Shown here piece by piece: positions 63,421 to 64,000 of a DNA stretch of 64,000 nt (within the stretch, counting starts at the first letter, position 1; each line of letters starts with the position of its first letter). Origin of the DNA: Octopus vulgaris (lineage: Eukaryota). The notes under the pieces are model-generated. The model worked only from the letters and a program-made list of their open reading frames with translations, was not told the origin of the DNA and searched no databases. Location of the stretch: positions 6,014,001 through 6,078,000 of the forward strand of contig OX597834.1 in assembly GCA_951406725.2 (NCBI GenBank). Direction: 5' to 3'. The translations under genes were made by a program, and so were the position numbers.

Positions 63421-64000
63421 TGGGTACTTTTAATGTGGCACAGACATGGGCCGCTTTTACATGGCACTAGCAGGAGTGCTTTTCACTTAGCACCACACAG
63501 GACCCCTTGCAGGCCAATGTTCTTCAACCAGAGGATGCAGTCTTAGCTGGTCAATCAATTCCAGTCATTGGCTCAGGATACTTCAGCCATGACATATGGT
63601 TGGTTCCTATTCTAATAATAATTTCTTCTGTTGAGACAAACAGGAAGCAAGACAAGATAATAGCACCTGGATCACATTAAAGATTTCCGAACTTTTGGAT
63701 AGATTGATTTCTTCAGAGTCTGGAACATTAGACTTTGTAGAATACATATTGAATAATCTCAATTGTCTAAGGTGAAATCCCTTCTGAAGTAAATTTAGTA
63801 AAGGCGAAGAAGTTGGTTTAATTCTCTATTGAATATCTTCCAAAATCCTGCCAAGTCACAAATGGCAAACTGATTGGAATGTTGACCAGCTGTTACATTA
63901 TTTTGTAATCTGATAAGAATGAGTTTAAGTTGAGAGAGAAAGAGAGAGAGAGAAAGAAGAGAGAGAGAGAGAAAAAGAGAACGAGAGAGACAGTAAGTCA

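Overview
AT-rich, repeat-dense animal genomic DNA. The SINE families and microsatellite load look like an octopod cephalopod (Octopus-like); this is from recall, not verified. No multi-exon host gene is securely identifiable, only one weak minus-strand exon candidate. Conventional content: about 30 tRNA-derived SINEs of 4 families, a decayed full-length mariner, a maT/DD37D-like fragment, Helitron/hAT/pogo-type non-autonomous elements, CR1/L2, RTE and Penelope (GIY-YIG) fragments, and a near-intact 6.1-kb Tx1/L1-clade LINE inside a (GATA)n array. Main discovery: a 3.03-kb array of near-identical 493-bp units (29245-32274). Each unit carries a type I hammerhead ribozyme with an unusually long stem II. 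The array forms two head-to-head concatemeric arms that end at different permuted points inside a (TA)n microsatellite. This fits a circular-RNA 'retrozyme' copied by rolling-circle reverse transcription primed from both sides of a break. At least six further hammerhead-bearing repeat families occur in the window, several in the same fold-back geometry. One lies at the 3' end of a Penelope-like GIY-YIG remnant, a plausible type of mobilising partner. All ribozyme calls come from manual folding, and activity is untested.
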